A stretch of 64,000 nt of DNA. Source: a virus. The stretch lies in IMG/VR virus record IMGVR_UViG_3300018080_000117, positions 72,433 through 136,432 of that record. One strand, given 5' to 3'. The notes below the pieces were generated by a model. The model did no database searches, had not been told where the DNA came from, and worked only from the letters and a program-made list of their open reading frames with translations. The translations under genes were made by a program, and so were the position numbers. Shown here piece by piece: positions 17,901 through 28,421 of the stretch; the first letter of the stretch is position 1, and every line of letters begins with the position of its first letter.

Positions 17901-18894
17901 CGGAAAAAATAAGACTAACAAATCGATCGATCAAAGCGAAGACATCCTTGCTGCAGTTGAGAAGAAGTACGGCAAAGGTTCCGTAATGCGAGGGTCAGGG
18001 CAAGGGTGCACGATCAAGAAAGCGGACGTGATCTCAACGGGGTCCTCCCTGATTGACGAAGCATTAGTGATTGGGGGTCTTCCAAGCGGAAGAATCGTTG
18101 AAATCTACGGTCCCGAGATGTCGGGCAAAACCACCTTAGCTTTGTGCACCAGTGCCCAAGCGCAAAAGCAAGGATTTCAGTGTGCTTTTATCGATGCCGA
18201 GCACGCACTTTCCCCTGACTTAGTTGAAGGTACGGGGGGAAGCTTCAAAGACTTAGTTATTTCCCAGCCTGATTATGGTGAGCAGGGGCTTGATATCGCC
18301 CTAATGCTTTGCGAGTCTGGGCAGTTTCGAATAATTATCGTTGACTCTGTTGCAGCGCTTACGCCTAAGGCTGAGATAGAAGGCGATATGGAAGACATGC
18401 AAGTCGGTTTGCAAGCTCGAATGATGGGCAAAGGCCTTCGCAAAATCGTAAAGATGGCGTCGTCTACGAACACCATGGTTATTTTTATCAACCAGCTAAG
18501 GATGAAAGTTGGGATGGTGTTTGGATCACCGGAAACGACACCTGGAGGCAAAGCGCTAAAGTTTTTCTCTAGCGTACGTCTTGACGTAAGACGAATAGGC
18601 GCGTTGAAGCAAAAGGATGTGGTGATAGGCAACCGTCTAAAAGTTACAGTTACCAAAAACAAACTAGCGCCTCCCTTTAGAAAAACGGAAACAAGTTTGT
18701 ACTTTGGTAAAGGATTTGATCCCGCCACCGAACTTTTTGACTTTGCCTTGGACCAAGGGGTAATTGAAAAGCGCGGATCGATTTACCTATTTGAAGACGA
18801 GAAGATCGAAAAAGGCAAGGACAACGTAATCGAAGCGATCCGCGAAGATAATGTTTTGCGAAAAACAATCAAACAAGCGTTACGGGCTAACTAA
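17878..18894 (+). CDS. recA: recombinase A
   Basis: GRIVEIYGPEMSGKTT, FIDAEHA, DSVAAL, FINQLR, TTPGGKALKFFSSVRLD. Confidence 0.97.
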   Translation: MKVKKKTSGKNKTNKSIDQSEDILAAVEKKYGKGSVMRGSGQGCTIKKADVISTGSSLIDEALVIGGLPSGRIVEIYGPEMSGKTTLALCTSAQAQKQGFQCAFIDAEHALSPDLVEGTGGSFKDLVISQPDYGEQGLDIALMLCESGQFRIIIVDSVAALTPKAEIEGDMEDMQVGLQARMMGKGLRKIVKMASSTNTMVIFINQLRMKVGMVFGSPETTPGGKALKFFSSVRLDVRRIGALKQKDVVIGNRLKVTVTKNKLAPPFRKTETSLYFGKGFDPATELFDFALDQGVIEKRGSIYLFEDEKIEKGKDNVIEAIREDNVLRKTIKQALRAN

Positions 18895-18912
18895 GTCGGG
18901 TATAAACCAATC

Positions 18913-19173
18913 ATGGGAGAAATAAAAAAGACATACCGACTTAGTTTTTCAAAGCATCTTTCTGACCGCACGCTGCTTACCATAACAGCCGGTACAGAAA
19001 TTGTAGAAGAAGACGCAGACGCAGACGAACTGGCAGAAAAAGTGCGACGGCAAACCCGACAGGACTTAGCAAAAGCCGCACAAGCAGATCCGATCGTCAA
19101 AGAAATACTGCAGCACGTAAAAAAGCAAATCAAACGAGATAAGAAAATCGAACGTGCTTATGAAGCTGACTAA
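18913..19173 (+). CDS. hypothetical protein
   Basis: ORF tiled within the operon. Confidence 0.65.
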   Translation: MGEIKKTYRLSFSKHLSDRTLLTITAGTEIVEEDADADELAEKVRRQTRQDLAKAAQADPIVKEILQHVKKQIKRDKKIERAYEAD

Positions 19174-19738
19174 AGACAACAGCCATTTTTCCGATTCGGA
19201 ATTAGGGGATCTTAGTAAATTGACCTTTAAGGACCGGGTCAAAGTTGCTAAGCAGCATTACAAGGTAGCTAATCGAGCAACGCCTAACTTCGACGATCTT
19301 GTACAACAGCTTCATACGTTGTCTGTAGCGCTACCAGAAAAAGACGAAGTAGACCTTGACGAAATCAACAAGCGCTTTGCAATTGTGCAGAGGTATTTTA
19401 CGGAAGCTTCTAGAATCTCAATGGATGCGATCGCGATCCATACCATGTGGCATCGGCTAAAAATGGATGTCCTTGAATTGGTAGAGACACGCAAAAGTTC
19501 TTTGTTGTTGCTTCCAAGCATTCAGGGTATGAAGAACGTCGCTTCACAAAACGCCGCTGTACGAACAAAGATTGAAAGGCTTTTGTCTTTCGAACACGTA
19601 GTCAAAACTAAAGAAGCTGAGGCAAAGGCGTTTGTTCAAATAGCAGAGGGTAAGAAAAAAGATCTTAGCAACACAATGACTAACCTTAGCCGCATGTTCA
19701 AAGTTTTGAAACTTGAACATGGAGTCACCAACTACTAG
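19160..19738 (+). CDS. hypothetical coiled-coil protein (possible recombination mediator)
   Basis: Helical; lies between recA and the SSB-like gene. Confidence 0.6.
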   Translation: MKLTKDNSHFSDSELGDLSKLTFKDRVKVAKQHYKVANRATPNFDDLVQQLHTLSVALPEKDEVDLDEINKRFAIVQRYFTEASRISMDAIAIHTMWHRLKMDVLELVETRKSSLLLLPSIQGMKNVASQNAAVRTKIERLLSFEHVVKTKEAEAKAFVQIAEGKKKDLSNTMTNLSRMFKVLKLEHGVTNY

Positions 19739-19748
19739 GAGGCTTTAC

Positions 19749-20480
19749 GTGAGAATCAAAAAAGACAACTCCAGCAATCCTTACATGGTAGACGAAGACG
19801 TTTACAAAGGTGTTGTTAGCAACATCGAAAAAAAGAAAGGCAACCGGGGGTACTTTCTTGCTTGGGATTTCAAACTGAAAAACGCACGCCGCGATGGAAA
19901 GAAGGTTCCGAAGGAAGAGGAAGTAACGGTGTCTGGGCTAACGCCAGTGCACCTGAGCGATGGAAGTAAGCTTGACAAATTCCTCAAAGCTTGCGGGGTC
20001 GACACAGACGACGGAGAAGTTGCAGACCTTGATGATGCCTTGGGCGAAGAAGTACGGGTCGTCATCGAACACCAAAAGGGCAAAGATAACACCGTCTACT
20101 CTCGTGTAACCAAATTGTTGCCGATCGACAGCGATGATGAGGATGACGAAGAAGAGGAAAAACCCAAGAAGAAAAAGAAGGTGAAAAAGTCTTCCACGAA
20201 AGGCAAGGGAAAGAAGAAGGAGCCTAAACCCGAAGACGAAGACGACGATGAAGATGACGAAGAGGAAGAAGTAGAGGACGAAGACGAAGAAGAGGAAGAA
20301 GAAAAGCCCAAAAAGAAAAGGGGTCGTCCCAAGGGCAGCAAAACGAAGAAGGCCACAAAAACTTCAAAAAAGACGCCCAAAAAGAAAAAGAAGGAAGAGC
20401 CCGAAGAAGACGAAGAGGAAGATGACGAAGACCTAGAAGACCTTTTCGACTTCGATGACGATGATGATGATGAGGATTAA
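19749..20480 (+). CDS. putative single-stranded DNA-binding protein with long charged tail
   Basis: AGGAGG RBS with GTG start; OB-fold-like N-terminal half; acidic C-terminus DLFDFDDDDDDED. Confidence 0.6.
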   Translation: MRIKKDNSSNPYMVDEDVYKGVVSNIEKKKGNRGYFLAWDFKLKNARRDGKKVPKEEEVTVSGLTPVHLSDGSKLDKFLKACGVDTDDGEVADLDDALGEEVRVVIEHQKGKDNTVYSRVTKLLPIDSDDEDDEEEEKPKKKKKVKKSSTKGKGKKKEPKPEDEDDDEDDEEEEVEDEDEEEEEEKPKKKRGRPKGSKTKKATKTSKKTPKKKKKEEPEEDEEEDDEDLEDLFDFDDDDDDED

Positions 20481-20482
20481 TT

Positions 20483-20803
20483 ATGTCTCGTAAAGCAAAA
20501 CAACCGGCCACGAAGACAAAGCAAAACACCTCTGCAAACGAGGTTCAAAAAAATGTCGGAGACGTTCAGTTTTGGGGTGAGCCCGACACATTTGAACTTA
20601 TTTGCAAGGCGTGGAGCGAAAAAGAAGGTTGGATGAAATCGACCAAGGCGATGGAGGTTGTAGGCCTCGGGTGCGTCGTGCAGGTTACTACGCAACAAGG
20701 AGATCAGATTGCAGAAGCCCTGACTTTTGTTCCTGGTGCTACAATCTGCCGTCTGAAAAATGAGTCTGACGAAGTCATCGAACGTACGCTAGTCGCTCTG
20801 TAA
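20483..20803 (+). CDS. conserved phage hypothetical protein
   Basis: EGWMKSTKAME..GCVVQVTTQQ..AEALTFVPG. Confidence 0.7.
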   Translation: MSRKAKQPATKTKQNTSANEVQKNVGDVQFWGEPDTFELICKAWSEKEGWMKSTKAMEVVGLGCVVQVTTQQGDQIAEALTFVPGATICRLKNESDEVIERTLVAL

Positions 20804-20808
20804 TTCCA

Positions 20809-21831
20809 ATGTCCCGCCTGATCCACAGCGCCGATTGGCATCTTGGCGCACCTAATCAACCAGACTGTTTTGGACATGCGTCTGCTAAGTTATTGGTAGA
20901 CGCATGTCTTGAAAAGTCTGTATTTACACTCCTTATCGCGGGTGACGTGTTTGATAAGCACAACCCGTCTCAGCAAGACAAAGACAAACTCTTGCAACTA
21001 ATCTTAGACAACCCAAAGATTAATTTTGTTTTTACAGTGGGCAACCACGATTACTTAGATAAGGCTCGAAGCTACCACACCTTAGTTTACTTGGATTTGC
21101 TAAGTAAGCACTTCAGCAATCTCTACGTTTTAGACGAGGGGTTGCACGAGGTTTGTGGTGTGACATTTTTGGTTCTGTCCGATGACCTGTTTACATGGGG
21201 CACAATAAAAGCTCCTGGTGCGGTTGCTGTCTGGCACGGCACCGTACCAGGGGTTATCCTTGGAGACCCTGTAGAAGGCAAGCAAGCCGTTCAGAAGCTG
21301 CTTTCTAGAAGCGAAGTCTCTTATGTGGCTCTCGGCGACATTCATAAGCAGCGGTCGGTGTTTCATGACAGGTGCTGGTATTGTGGGTCGTTGTACCCGA
21401 AGACCTATTCCTGCGAAGATGGGTTTATTTATTTCGACGGCGAAAAACCGATTTCATGCAAGCTAGACCAGCCCAAAAGAATTACCCAACAGGTTGATTT
21501 TGCAAAAGAAGAAATTGGTGAACTAACCAAAGAACTAAAGAAAATTCCCCAGGGCAACTTACTAAGGTTGAAAACCAACCTTCCACAGGCCACGTTGGCT
21601 GAATGCCGAAACGAGCTTGTAGGACTTCTCGAAGATCATTTTTTGGAAGTCAAAATCGACAACACCCCTGCAATAGATACCCAACGGCGTGAAGAGGCCT
21701 CCAAGGCAAACAAAGACATTGATGTGGTTAAGGCCCTTGCAAAAAAGTATGCTGAAGATGCCAACCCCAAAACTGTCCACAAACTTTGTATGCGGTATCT
21801 AACGGAGGCATCTGTTGAGACCATTGATTAG
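20809..21831 (+). CDS. sbcD: SbcD/Mre11-like nuclease
   Basis: ADWHLG, AGDVFD, GNHD, ALGDIH, YCGS. Confidence 0.9.
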   Translation: MSRLIHSADWHLGAPNQPDCFGHASAKLLVDACLEKSVFTLLIAGDVFDKHNPSQQDKDKLLQLILDNPKINFVFTVGNHDYLDKARSYHTLVYLDLLSKHFSNLYVLDEGLHEVCGVTFLVLSDDLFTWGTIKAPGAVAVWHGTVPGVILGDPVEGKQAVQKLLSRSEVSYVALGDIHKQRSVFHDRCWYCGSLYPKTYSCEDGFIYFDGEKPISCKLDQPKRITQQVDFAKEEIGELTKELKKIPQGNLLRLKTNLPQATLAECRNELVGLLEDHFLEVKIDNTPAIDTQRREEASKANKDIDVVKALAKKYAEDANPKTVHKLCMRYLTEASVETID

Positions 21832-22823
21832 TTACTATGGTGGTAAGCAGAGAGTTGCTCAACGCATTGTTGACGTGATCTGTACCATTCCCCATTCCGT
21901 TTATTGTGAACCTTTTTTTGGTGGTGGTGCTGTATTGTTCAAAAAAGGATTCCCCGCAGTCAGTAACACTAGTCACTACCGAGAAGTCATAAACGATCAT
22001 TCTGAACAACTAATGACCATGTACCAATATGCAAGATCTCATCCTGAAGAGTTCGAAAGATTGATTAGAGCAACGCCTTACTCTAGAAGTGATCATGAAT
22101 TGTCTAAACGCATCCTGAAAAGCAAAAAAGCTTCCAAAAAAGCAATTGCTTGGGCATACTATTACAAAATCCAAACAAGTTTTGGTAATATCTTACACGG
22201 CGGGTGGGGAACAAGTGTTCTTGGCAGAAATTTTGCAGCAACCTTTATAACAAAATCAGAAAACCTGAAACAATGCTTACAACGTCTTTCTGCAGTTTGC
22301 ATCGACTGCCAAGACTATCAAAAAGTGACTGATCGTTGGGATAGTCCTCAAACATTGTTTTACCTTGATCCACCTTACCCAGGAACAGACCAAGGTGATT
22401 ATTCTGGCTATACGGAAGAAGATCATGCAAGGCTGTGTGATCTACTGGATAACTGTCAAGGTAGTTACATTCTAAGCAACTACTTTCAAAAACATGAGCC
22501 TAAGTCGGCTCAAATCAAGAAGTCGTTTGATACATATTGTTACGCAAGTGCAAAGGGTAAAACAGGGAAGGGCAGAGACAAGACCAGAACATCAACAAAA
22601 AAAACTAGGGAATAGAAAGCGACAAGAAATTCTTTGGATTTGCGATCGAAGTAAGAAGGCTAGAAAAAGCTTACATCCGGTTATGCAAAAGAACCTAGAA
22701 CTTCTTAGATCCAGAACCCTCAAGTATGAACTTCCTGATCCGGTAGAAATCATTTGTGAAGCATTTGCAAAAACTAACGCAAAGGTAAGAAAACCTTATC
22801 GAACGTTTGGACGTTGTGACTAG
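21815..22823 (+). pseudogene. dam: D12-class DNA adenine methyltransferase, frameshifted at an A8 tract (22597-22604)
   Basis: YYGGK, EPFFGGG, EVIND, YLDPPY; the terminal RQEILW motif lies in the +1 frame. Confidence 0.8.
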
Positions 22824-22831
22824 GGAGCATA

Positions 22832-24721
22832 ATGCCGACCCTGCTTCGACTACTAAGCCTCGAACTTGACAATTGGTTGAGTTACCAAAAAGAAAAAATA
22901 GATCTTACAAGAAGGGGATTTGTTAGTCTTCAAGGCTCCACGGGTGCAGGGAAAAGCTCGATGTTCGAAGCTGTAAATTACTTATTGACGGGTAAGCTAA
23001 CCCGCAAACCAAAACATCTTTCGCAGTTAGCCAACAACCAAAACAGAGCGATCCGAGGCTACCGAATAAAATTGGTGCTAGAGTTTAAGGGGGAACACTA
23101 TTCAATCCAAGAAGTCAGAGATCGCGTCAACGCTGGGTTTTCGTTCGGACGGCACGAGTACCTAGAAAACGGTAGCAAGGTTATTCACGACCTTAGAGGC
23201 AAGTCTGCCGCAGAGACCCGCAAGAACATTTTTAGAACTTTTCAAATAAGCCCTAACGACGTCGCAACATGCCTTTGGATGCAAGGATCTAGTCGGTCCT
23301 TAATAGTAGGAACCAGCGACACCCGTGCAAAAGAACTAATTCGGTTGCTCGATTTGGAACGTTACTTGATTGCGTTGGCTAAAGCTACCCAAGAAAAAAA
23401 AGAGGTCAGCAGGAAAGTAGAAAAATTTAGCCAGCGCAGTCAAGAGATCAAGGCCACTCTCAAAGATCTCCCAAAAAATATCAAGGAGCAAGATCTAGAA
23501 GAGATCAAGCAGGCGCTAGCAAGAACAGAACTTAGGAGTCGAGCGGTAAAAAAGGGGATACGTGTTATTGAGCAGCGGATTGCTGAACTGAAAAGGGTGG
23601 AAAAAACACGCACCGCCTTACATGTGGATCTGCCTAAGTCACGCCCAGGACAATCACAGAGCTTCTACAGCGCAAAGGTCGAAAAACTTAGGCTAGGACT
23701 AGGAAAGACCAGACACGAGCTTAGAACGGCTCAAAACGGCTTAATTCGGGCAAACCAACAAGACAACATTTGCCCCATATCGAAAGAACTATGCGAGGTC
23801 AACGTACCTCTTCGACTAGCGAATAAGGTGAAGCAAAGGTGCTCGAAGAGAATTGCTAAACTCGAATCGGTGGAGAGCAAGGCCAAAAAACTTATCTCGT
23901 TGACAGAATTAAAGGAACAAGCAGCAAGGAAGTTTGAAAGCTTCGACAAGCTTAGAAAGCAATTAGACCTAAACGACGCACCAAGTTTAGACGAGATCGA
24001 GGAAGAAAAGAAAAAGCTCAACAAACAACTAGCGAAGTGGGAAGACGAGCAAGACCGTCTTGAAGAAGTTTGGCAGGCACTGGTCAAAAAACGAGTTGAA
24101 GCACAAAGTGCAAAAAAGATTGCTAGGATCAGAAAAAAGAAAGTTAGGCGACTAAAGAAGACAACACGTCAGTTGACTAAAGCGAAGACAACAGTCGCTT
24201 TGATTGACAAAGCCACTGATATTCTAAAGTCTTTGCAGTACCAACGCCTCGAAACAAACCTTGCCTACCTCAACAAAAAGCTACAAGAGAACCTACAAAA
24301 AATTAGCTCAAAAAAACTATCTGCTGAATTAGTTACTACAAGACTAGACGCCAAACAAAAGAATCTGCTAGATTACGTAGACATACTAGTTAGCACGGGG
24401 GAGTTACAAATCCCTTTGGGTCTTTGCTCTGGCGGTGAAAAGATCCAAGTCGAGATTGCTCTAACCCTTGCGATTATTGAAACAGCACACGCTTTGACCG
24501 ATAAAACGCTACTGTCCAGCTTATGGATGGATGAGGTTTTCGGGCCCGTCTCTGAAGATGTTGTTGACAATGTAACTAAGACTTGGCGACAGTTGGTGGA
24601 TCGCTTAGGTTTTGAGACCGTTGTTGTAGTCAGCCATCGTTCGCTTGCAGCCAATATTTTCGACGAGTTTTGGGCAGTAGAGCGTACCAATAAAGGCAGT
24701 CAGCTTATTTTGCGAGCATAG
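22832..24721 (+). CDS. sbcC: SbcC/Rad50-like ATPase
   Basis: GSTGAGKSS, coiled coil with CPIS..C, CSGGE signature, WMDE, VSH. Confidence 0.9.
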   Translation: MPTLLRLLSLELDNWLSYQKEKIDLTRRGFVSLQGSTGAGKSSMFEAVNYLLTGKLTRKPKHLSQLANNQNRAIRGYRIKLVLEFKGEHYSIQEVRDRVNAGFSFGRHEYLENGSKVIHDLRGKSAAETRKNIFRTFQISPNDVATCLWMQGSSRSLIVGTSDTRAKELIRLLDLERYLIALAKATQEKKEVSRKVEKFSQRSQEIKATLKDLPKNIKEQDLEEIKQALARTELRSRAVKKGIRVIEQRIAELKRVEKTRTALHVDLPKSRPGQSQSFYSAKVEKLRLGLGKTRHELRTAQNGLIRANQQDNICPISKELCEVNVPLRLANKVKQRCSKRIAKLESVESKAKKLISLTELKEQAARKFESFDKLRKQLDLNDAPSLDEIEEEKKKLNKQLAKWEDEQDRLEEVWQALVKKRVEAQSAKKIARIRKKKVRRLKKTTRQLTKAKTTVALIDKATDILKSLQYQRLETNLAYLNKKLQENLQKISSKKLSAELVTTRLDAKQKNLLDYVDILVSTGELQIPLGLCSGGEKIQVEIALTLAIIETAHALTDKTLLSSLWMDEVFGPVSEDVVDNVTKTWRQLVDRLGFETVVVVSHRSLAANIFDEFWAVERTNKGSQLILRA

Positions 24722-24723
24722 CC

Positions 24724-24996
24724 TTGTTTAGAGACGTTTGCATCGATAATCGCAATCACCTACCTGTTTACCCTTGCGGGAGAGATGACTGCTCTTGGCA
24801 CATCCTAGAACTTAGCCTCAACAATTGCTTTTGGTTGTTGGCAGACATTTTCCACAACAATCCTGGGATGGGTGGTTTGACCCTAGCTGAGATAGCAGCG
24901 TTCGAAAAGATTAGCGAAGACGAGGTAAAACAGGTAATAGAACAGGCAAAAACTAAGCTAAGACAATCTTGCGGAGTCAAGTTTCTTGGACTATGA
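24724..24996 (+). CDS. Cys-rich protein with sigma region-4-like HTH
   Basis: LTLAEIAAFEKISEDEVKQVIEQAKTKLR. Confidence 0.65.
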   Translation: MFRDVCIDNRNHLPVYPCGRDDCSWHILELSLNNCFWLLADIFHNNPGMGGLTLAEIAAFEKISEDEVKQVIEQAKTKLRQSCGVKFLGL

Positions 24997-25043
24997 TTCG
25001 CGACAAACGGTAGTTAACCTACACTACTGCGGGTGCTTATACT

Positions 25044-25529
25044 ATGATTAGGACAATTTTATCCGATCCTATTGAAAAAGCGATACTTATTAGGGTATGC
25101 AAGTTACGCGAAGAAAATTTTCTGCTAAACCGTTGGGTCCGATATGGGGACGAAAACCCGACGTGCGCCGTTTGCGGCAAGCCTATCAAATCCTTAAGCA
25201 CGTTACGAAGATTACGCCCGTACCGGTGGGATTGTCGAGAATGCTACACGTACAAGCCCACAAAAATTATCAACCTCGAAATGCAGTTTGGAATGGACAT
25301 TGTTGAAATTCTCAAACAGACTTCGAGGCAGTACGGAAAAGTTAGGTCACAGTGTGAGGCTTTGGGACTTTCCATCCCTCACCTGTACGCAACGATCAGA
25401 AAGTACTGTGGGGATTCTTTAGAGTTTTTGGTCCACAACACAACTGGCGAGCGCCACGCGGAGTATCTAGAAAAATGGAAAGAACGCCGAGAAAAGATAA
25501 GTCGTGGCAAAAAGAAGCAACCTGGTTAG
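25044..25529 (+). CDS. zinc-ribbon protein
   Basis: CAVC...CREC. Confidence 0.65.
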   Translation: MIRTILSDPIEKAILIRVCKLREENFLLNRWVRYGDENPTCAVCGKPIKSLSTLRRLRPYRWDCRECYTYKPTKIINLEMQFGMDIVEILKQTSRQYGKVRSQCEALGLSIPHLYATIRKYCGDSLEFLVHNTTGERHAEYLEKWKERREKISRGKKKQPG

Positions 25530-25725
25530 GATACAACAACTCCTACACTAAAAACATAGTCCGCACTGGCCTCAAAGCCCTCAAACTCCTCGCTACCCTA
25601 ACCTTTGACATGGAACTCGTTATTGTAACGAATGAGTTAAAGCGCTTGCTTGAAAAGCGCATCGCAGAAGCCGAACGTGAGCAGCAAAAGATCGACCAAA
25701 GAAAGTTTCATTAGGAGGCGTCGAA

Positions 25726-26472
25726 ATGCTTAAAGGACTGGAAAAAATGCGCAGAGTGGCTAACCACAACAAAGATCGGCTAGAGAAATCTGTTACCTCA
25801 ACCCTGTCGAAGTATTTGTCCGAGAAGAAGTACCGTGCGGATCTGAAGTACGTGCAGCGAGCTAAGGTTGCTTCCACCGGGTACCAAAAAGTCGAAGTTG
25901 CTTACAACAAGGAATTCGGATTTCCCACAGAATCGGATCTCATGGCTTTGGTAGGCGAGCACGCAGAAGGCATGGAGATCGATTGGCCCCAGGTTGTTGT
26001 AGATACTGACGCCGGTCTGGTCAACCTTTCCCTGCGCCCCAGTCAAAACATTATCCCCGTCGCCAGCGCCAGAGAAATTCCCCCAGACTTCCAGCCGATC
26101 GGAACCGCGCTGTACCGGCGCAAAGTCGACGCCTCGGGTAACGTGGCTGAGATCTGGGAGTTGCGAACGACTGAAGGCGGTTTGCAACTCGTACGCAACA
26201 CCAACGACATGCACGTGGTAGAGCAAGCCAGCGAAGAATTGAAGGTGGGCGACGCCGTTTCGACACCAGACGGCGTAGGGCGCATCAAGCGCTTCGATGA
26301 GGTTGGCAACGCGGTAGTGGCCTTCGGTGACCGCAACCGGCTCGTGGCCGCTGACAGCATGGAACGGTACGACGTAAACAAAGAGCGCAAGAAGCTCGAA
26401 GAGTACTACGCTGAGGTTTATGGCGACCCCGCGTTTGCCAAAGAACTCACTGAAAAAATGAGCGGCGAGTAA
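25726..26472 (+). CDS. hypothetical protein, probably head-associated
   Basis: AGGAGG RBS; SH3/KOW-like C-terminus LKVGDAVSTPDGVGRI. Confidence 0.7.
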   Translation: MLKGLEKMRRVANHNKDRLEKSVTSTLSKYLSEKKYRADLKYVQRAKVASTGYQKVEVAYNKEFGFPTESDLMALVGEHAEGMEIDWPQVVVDTDAGLVNLSLRPSQNIIPVASAREIPPDFQPIGTALYRRKVDASGNVAEIWELRTTEGGLQLVRNTNDMHVVEQASEELKVGDAVSTPDGVGRIKRFDEVGNAVVAFGDRNRLVAADSMERYDVNKERKKLEEYYAEVYGDPAFAKELTEKMSGE

Positions 26473-26483
26473 GAGGTTACCAA

Positions 26484-26930
26484 ATGATTAGCTGCCAAGA
26501 CTTTGCTTATCTTGCCAAGGACCGCTCGCCAAGGCTAAAAGTCTTTGCGAAGCGAGTGGCCCAAAAACAACCTACAGGAAAAATAACTACCGCAATACTC
26601 GACGAGCTAATCAAAGTAGCCAAGATGACCCAACAAAAGGATGACGTTACTTGGCTGCAGTCTTTGAAACAAATGATTACGTCAGGTCGGTTAGAACGTA
26701 TCGCTGCGGGTGAGCAAACGTGGAATGAACACTCCGCAGAAGTTAGACACCTCGTCAAGGCGAAAAAGATCCCCTTCCAGATACAAGACATGGTCATGCT
26801 AAAAGGCAAAGACCGCGTCGGTAAAGTCGTTGACTATTTAGTTGACGAAGACATGTATCTCGTTGCCCTGGACCCGTTTCAGATTATGAAGGTTACCCCC
26901 AGCGATTTGGAAAACGTGAAAATGCCATGA
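26484..26930 (+). CDS. hypothetical protein
   Basis: GAGG RBS; SH3-like C-terminus. Confidence 0.7.
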   Translation: MISCQDFAYLAKDRSPRLKVFAKRVAQKQPTGKITTAILDELIKVAKMTQQKDDVTWLQSLKQMITSGRLERIAAGEQTWNEHSAEVRHLVKAKKIPFQIQDMVMLKGKDRVGKVVDYLVDEDMYLVALDPFQIMKVTPSDLENVKMP

Positions 26931-27427
26931 GACGAGAACTGTACGACGATCGCATTCTAACGGCAGAGGCAAGCCACAACGAGAAGGTAAAGTGGATTGC
27001 CTACGAAGCCACAGAATTTTTGCGAGACTTTCTCGACGAGGCGGACGTCGTTGCAGAGGTATTTCCAGGAACACTTAGAGGATTTGATCGCGGCAACTAC
27101 TTAGGAGAAGCGACAGTTGAAGTTTTTGCAGAAGTCGCTGGTGCCTACAAAAAAAGGGTATCGTTTTTTGTCCCTATTCGAAGAGGGGTTGTGTACTCCC
27201 CCTCGATTATGAATCTGGGAAATCAAAAAGCAACGGTATCGATGGAAAGCTTAGCTTCTTTGCACGTTGAGCCTAAGGTACGTCCTAGCTTCAAAAACAT
27301 GTTCCGCGACAGTCAATCCGGCAGAAATAACGTAAGGCAATCTCCGCTACCGCTTTACGATATCCCAGGAGACAGCAGCGCAAAACCAAACTCTACAGTG
27401 TTTGAGAATTACCACTGGAGATACTAA
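26927..27427 (+). CDS. hypothetical protein
   Basis: ATGA overlap with the upstream gene. Confidence 0.7.
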   Translation: MRRELYDDRILTAEASHNEKVKWIAYEATEFLRDFLDEADVVAEVFPGTLRGFDRGNYLGEATVEVFAEVAGAYKKRVSFFVPIRRGVVYSPSIMNLGNQKATVSMESLASLHVEPKVRPSFKNMFRDSQSGRNNVRQSPLPLYDIPGDSSAKPNSTVFENYHWRY

Positions 27428-28212
27428 TGCCTCAAGACGCAAAACCACCTAAACAGTGGTGGGACAAAATGGTCAAAGAGATTAGTTCGGGCAACCCCGA
27501 CTATTCAAAAGACCAGGTTAAAAAAACTGTGGGCGATATTTGGTACAACGAACTGACGCAGAAAAAGCGTGACGAGATACAAGGGAGGTACGCTTCTATG
27601 AAACGCAATGCTGCTTTTTTTACTTCTGAAGATGCAGGTGTTTGGGCTGACGGTGTTTTGGGTCATAGCCACATCCGCGAAGTACTAGCGGACCTTATGA
27701 AGGAAATGGGGCATTCGAGTTTGGCGAAAGAACTCCGGGGTCCCATGTCTGACGACGCTTCGGAAGAAGACGAAGCGTTGGACGTGTTGAACGACAATAC
27801 CGAAGAGGGCCTGCTCTGGGAGTTTTATCAGGGTGATTTGGTACTAATCGAAATGGACGATGATGAGGAGTTCTACGCTTCAAAGCGAAGCCGAAAAACT
27901 TCTAAACGTCTTCCTCGTCGACGCGCTACAAAACGCCCTATCCGCAGCCGACGTCGGGCCCTCGCCCGAAGGGCTACACGCACTAAGAAGCCCCTCAGAC
28001 GTACAGCATCGCCTCGTGAGGCCCTGTCTCGGTCTCGTCGACGCGCACGTAGGGTGAAAAACCCCAACTTCGACCGGTTCCTACAACGGGCTAAGATGCG
28101 TGCTCGTTTGAAAAGCCGTAAACCGGCTTCTGCGTCTGAGAAAAAAGCTAAGTTGGAACGAGCTTCGAAGCACCTCGAAGCTGCAGCTAAGCTTCTGCGC
28201 ACACGGAAGTAA
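27427..28212 (+). CDS. protein with acidic core and protamine-like Arg-rich C-terminus
   Basis: RRRATKRPIRSRRRALARRATRTKK...RSRRRARR. Confidence 0.7.
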   Translation: MPQDAKPPKQWWDKMVKEISSGNPDYSKDQVKKTVGDIWYNELTQKKRDEIQGRYASMKRNAAFFTSEDAGVWADGVLGHSHIREVLADLMKEMGHSSLAKELRGPMSDDASEEDEALDVLNDNTEEGLLWEFYQGDLVLIEMDDDEEFYASKRSRKTSKRLPRRRATKRPIRSRRRALARRATRTKKPLRRTASPREALSRSRRRARRVKNPNFDRFLQRAKMRARLKSRKPASASEKKAKLERASKHLEAAAKLLRTRK

Positions 28213-28215
28213 GTT

Positions 28216-28386
28216 ATGGAACTGGTCAAACTTGAAAAGGCCAGTAACCAGTTGCTCAAAGCGATTACGTTGCTTAGGGACATTCAAGAAGACACCCTAG
28301 CAGACACACTCGAAGGAATGTATCGGCAACTTGTGGAATTGATCGTTGAGCAAGAAAAAGCACCGGACGTAGAAATCGAGATCTAA
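28216..28386 (+). CDS. small hypothetical protein (56 aa, not in the ORF track)
   Basis: MELVKLEKASNQLL...; fills the gap between genes. Confidence 0.55.
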   Translation: MELVKLEKASNQLLKAITLLRDIQEDTLADTLEGMYRQLVELIVEQEKAPDVEIEI

Positions 28387-28421
28387 AGCAGTGCCCACGA
28401 AACGAAAAGAGAGTTCCTACT

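Noticed and set aside
12427-18894. Inteins or introns in dnaB, polA or recA
   Set aside because: Normal motif spacing, no splicing motifs, uninterrupted frames
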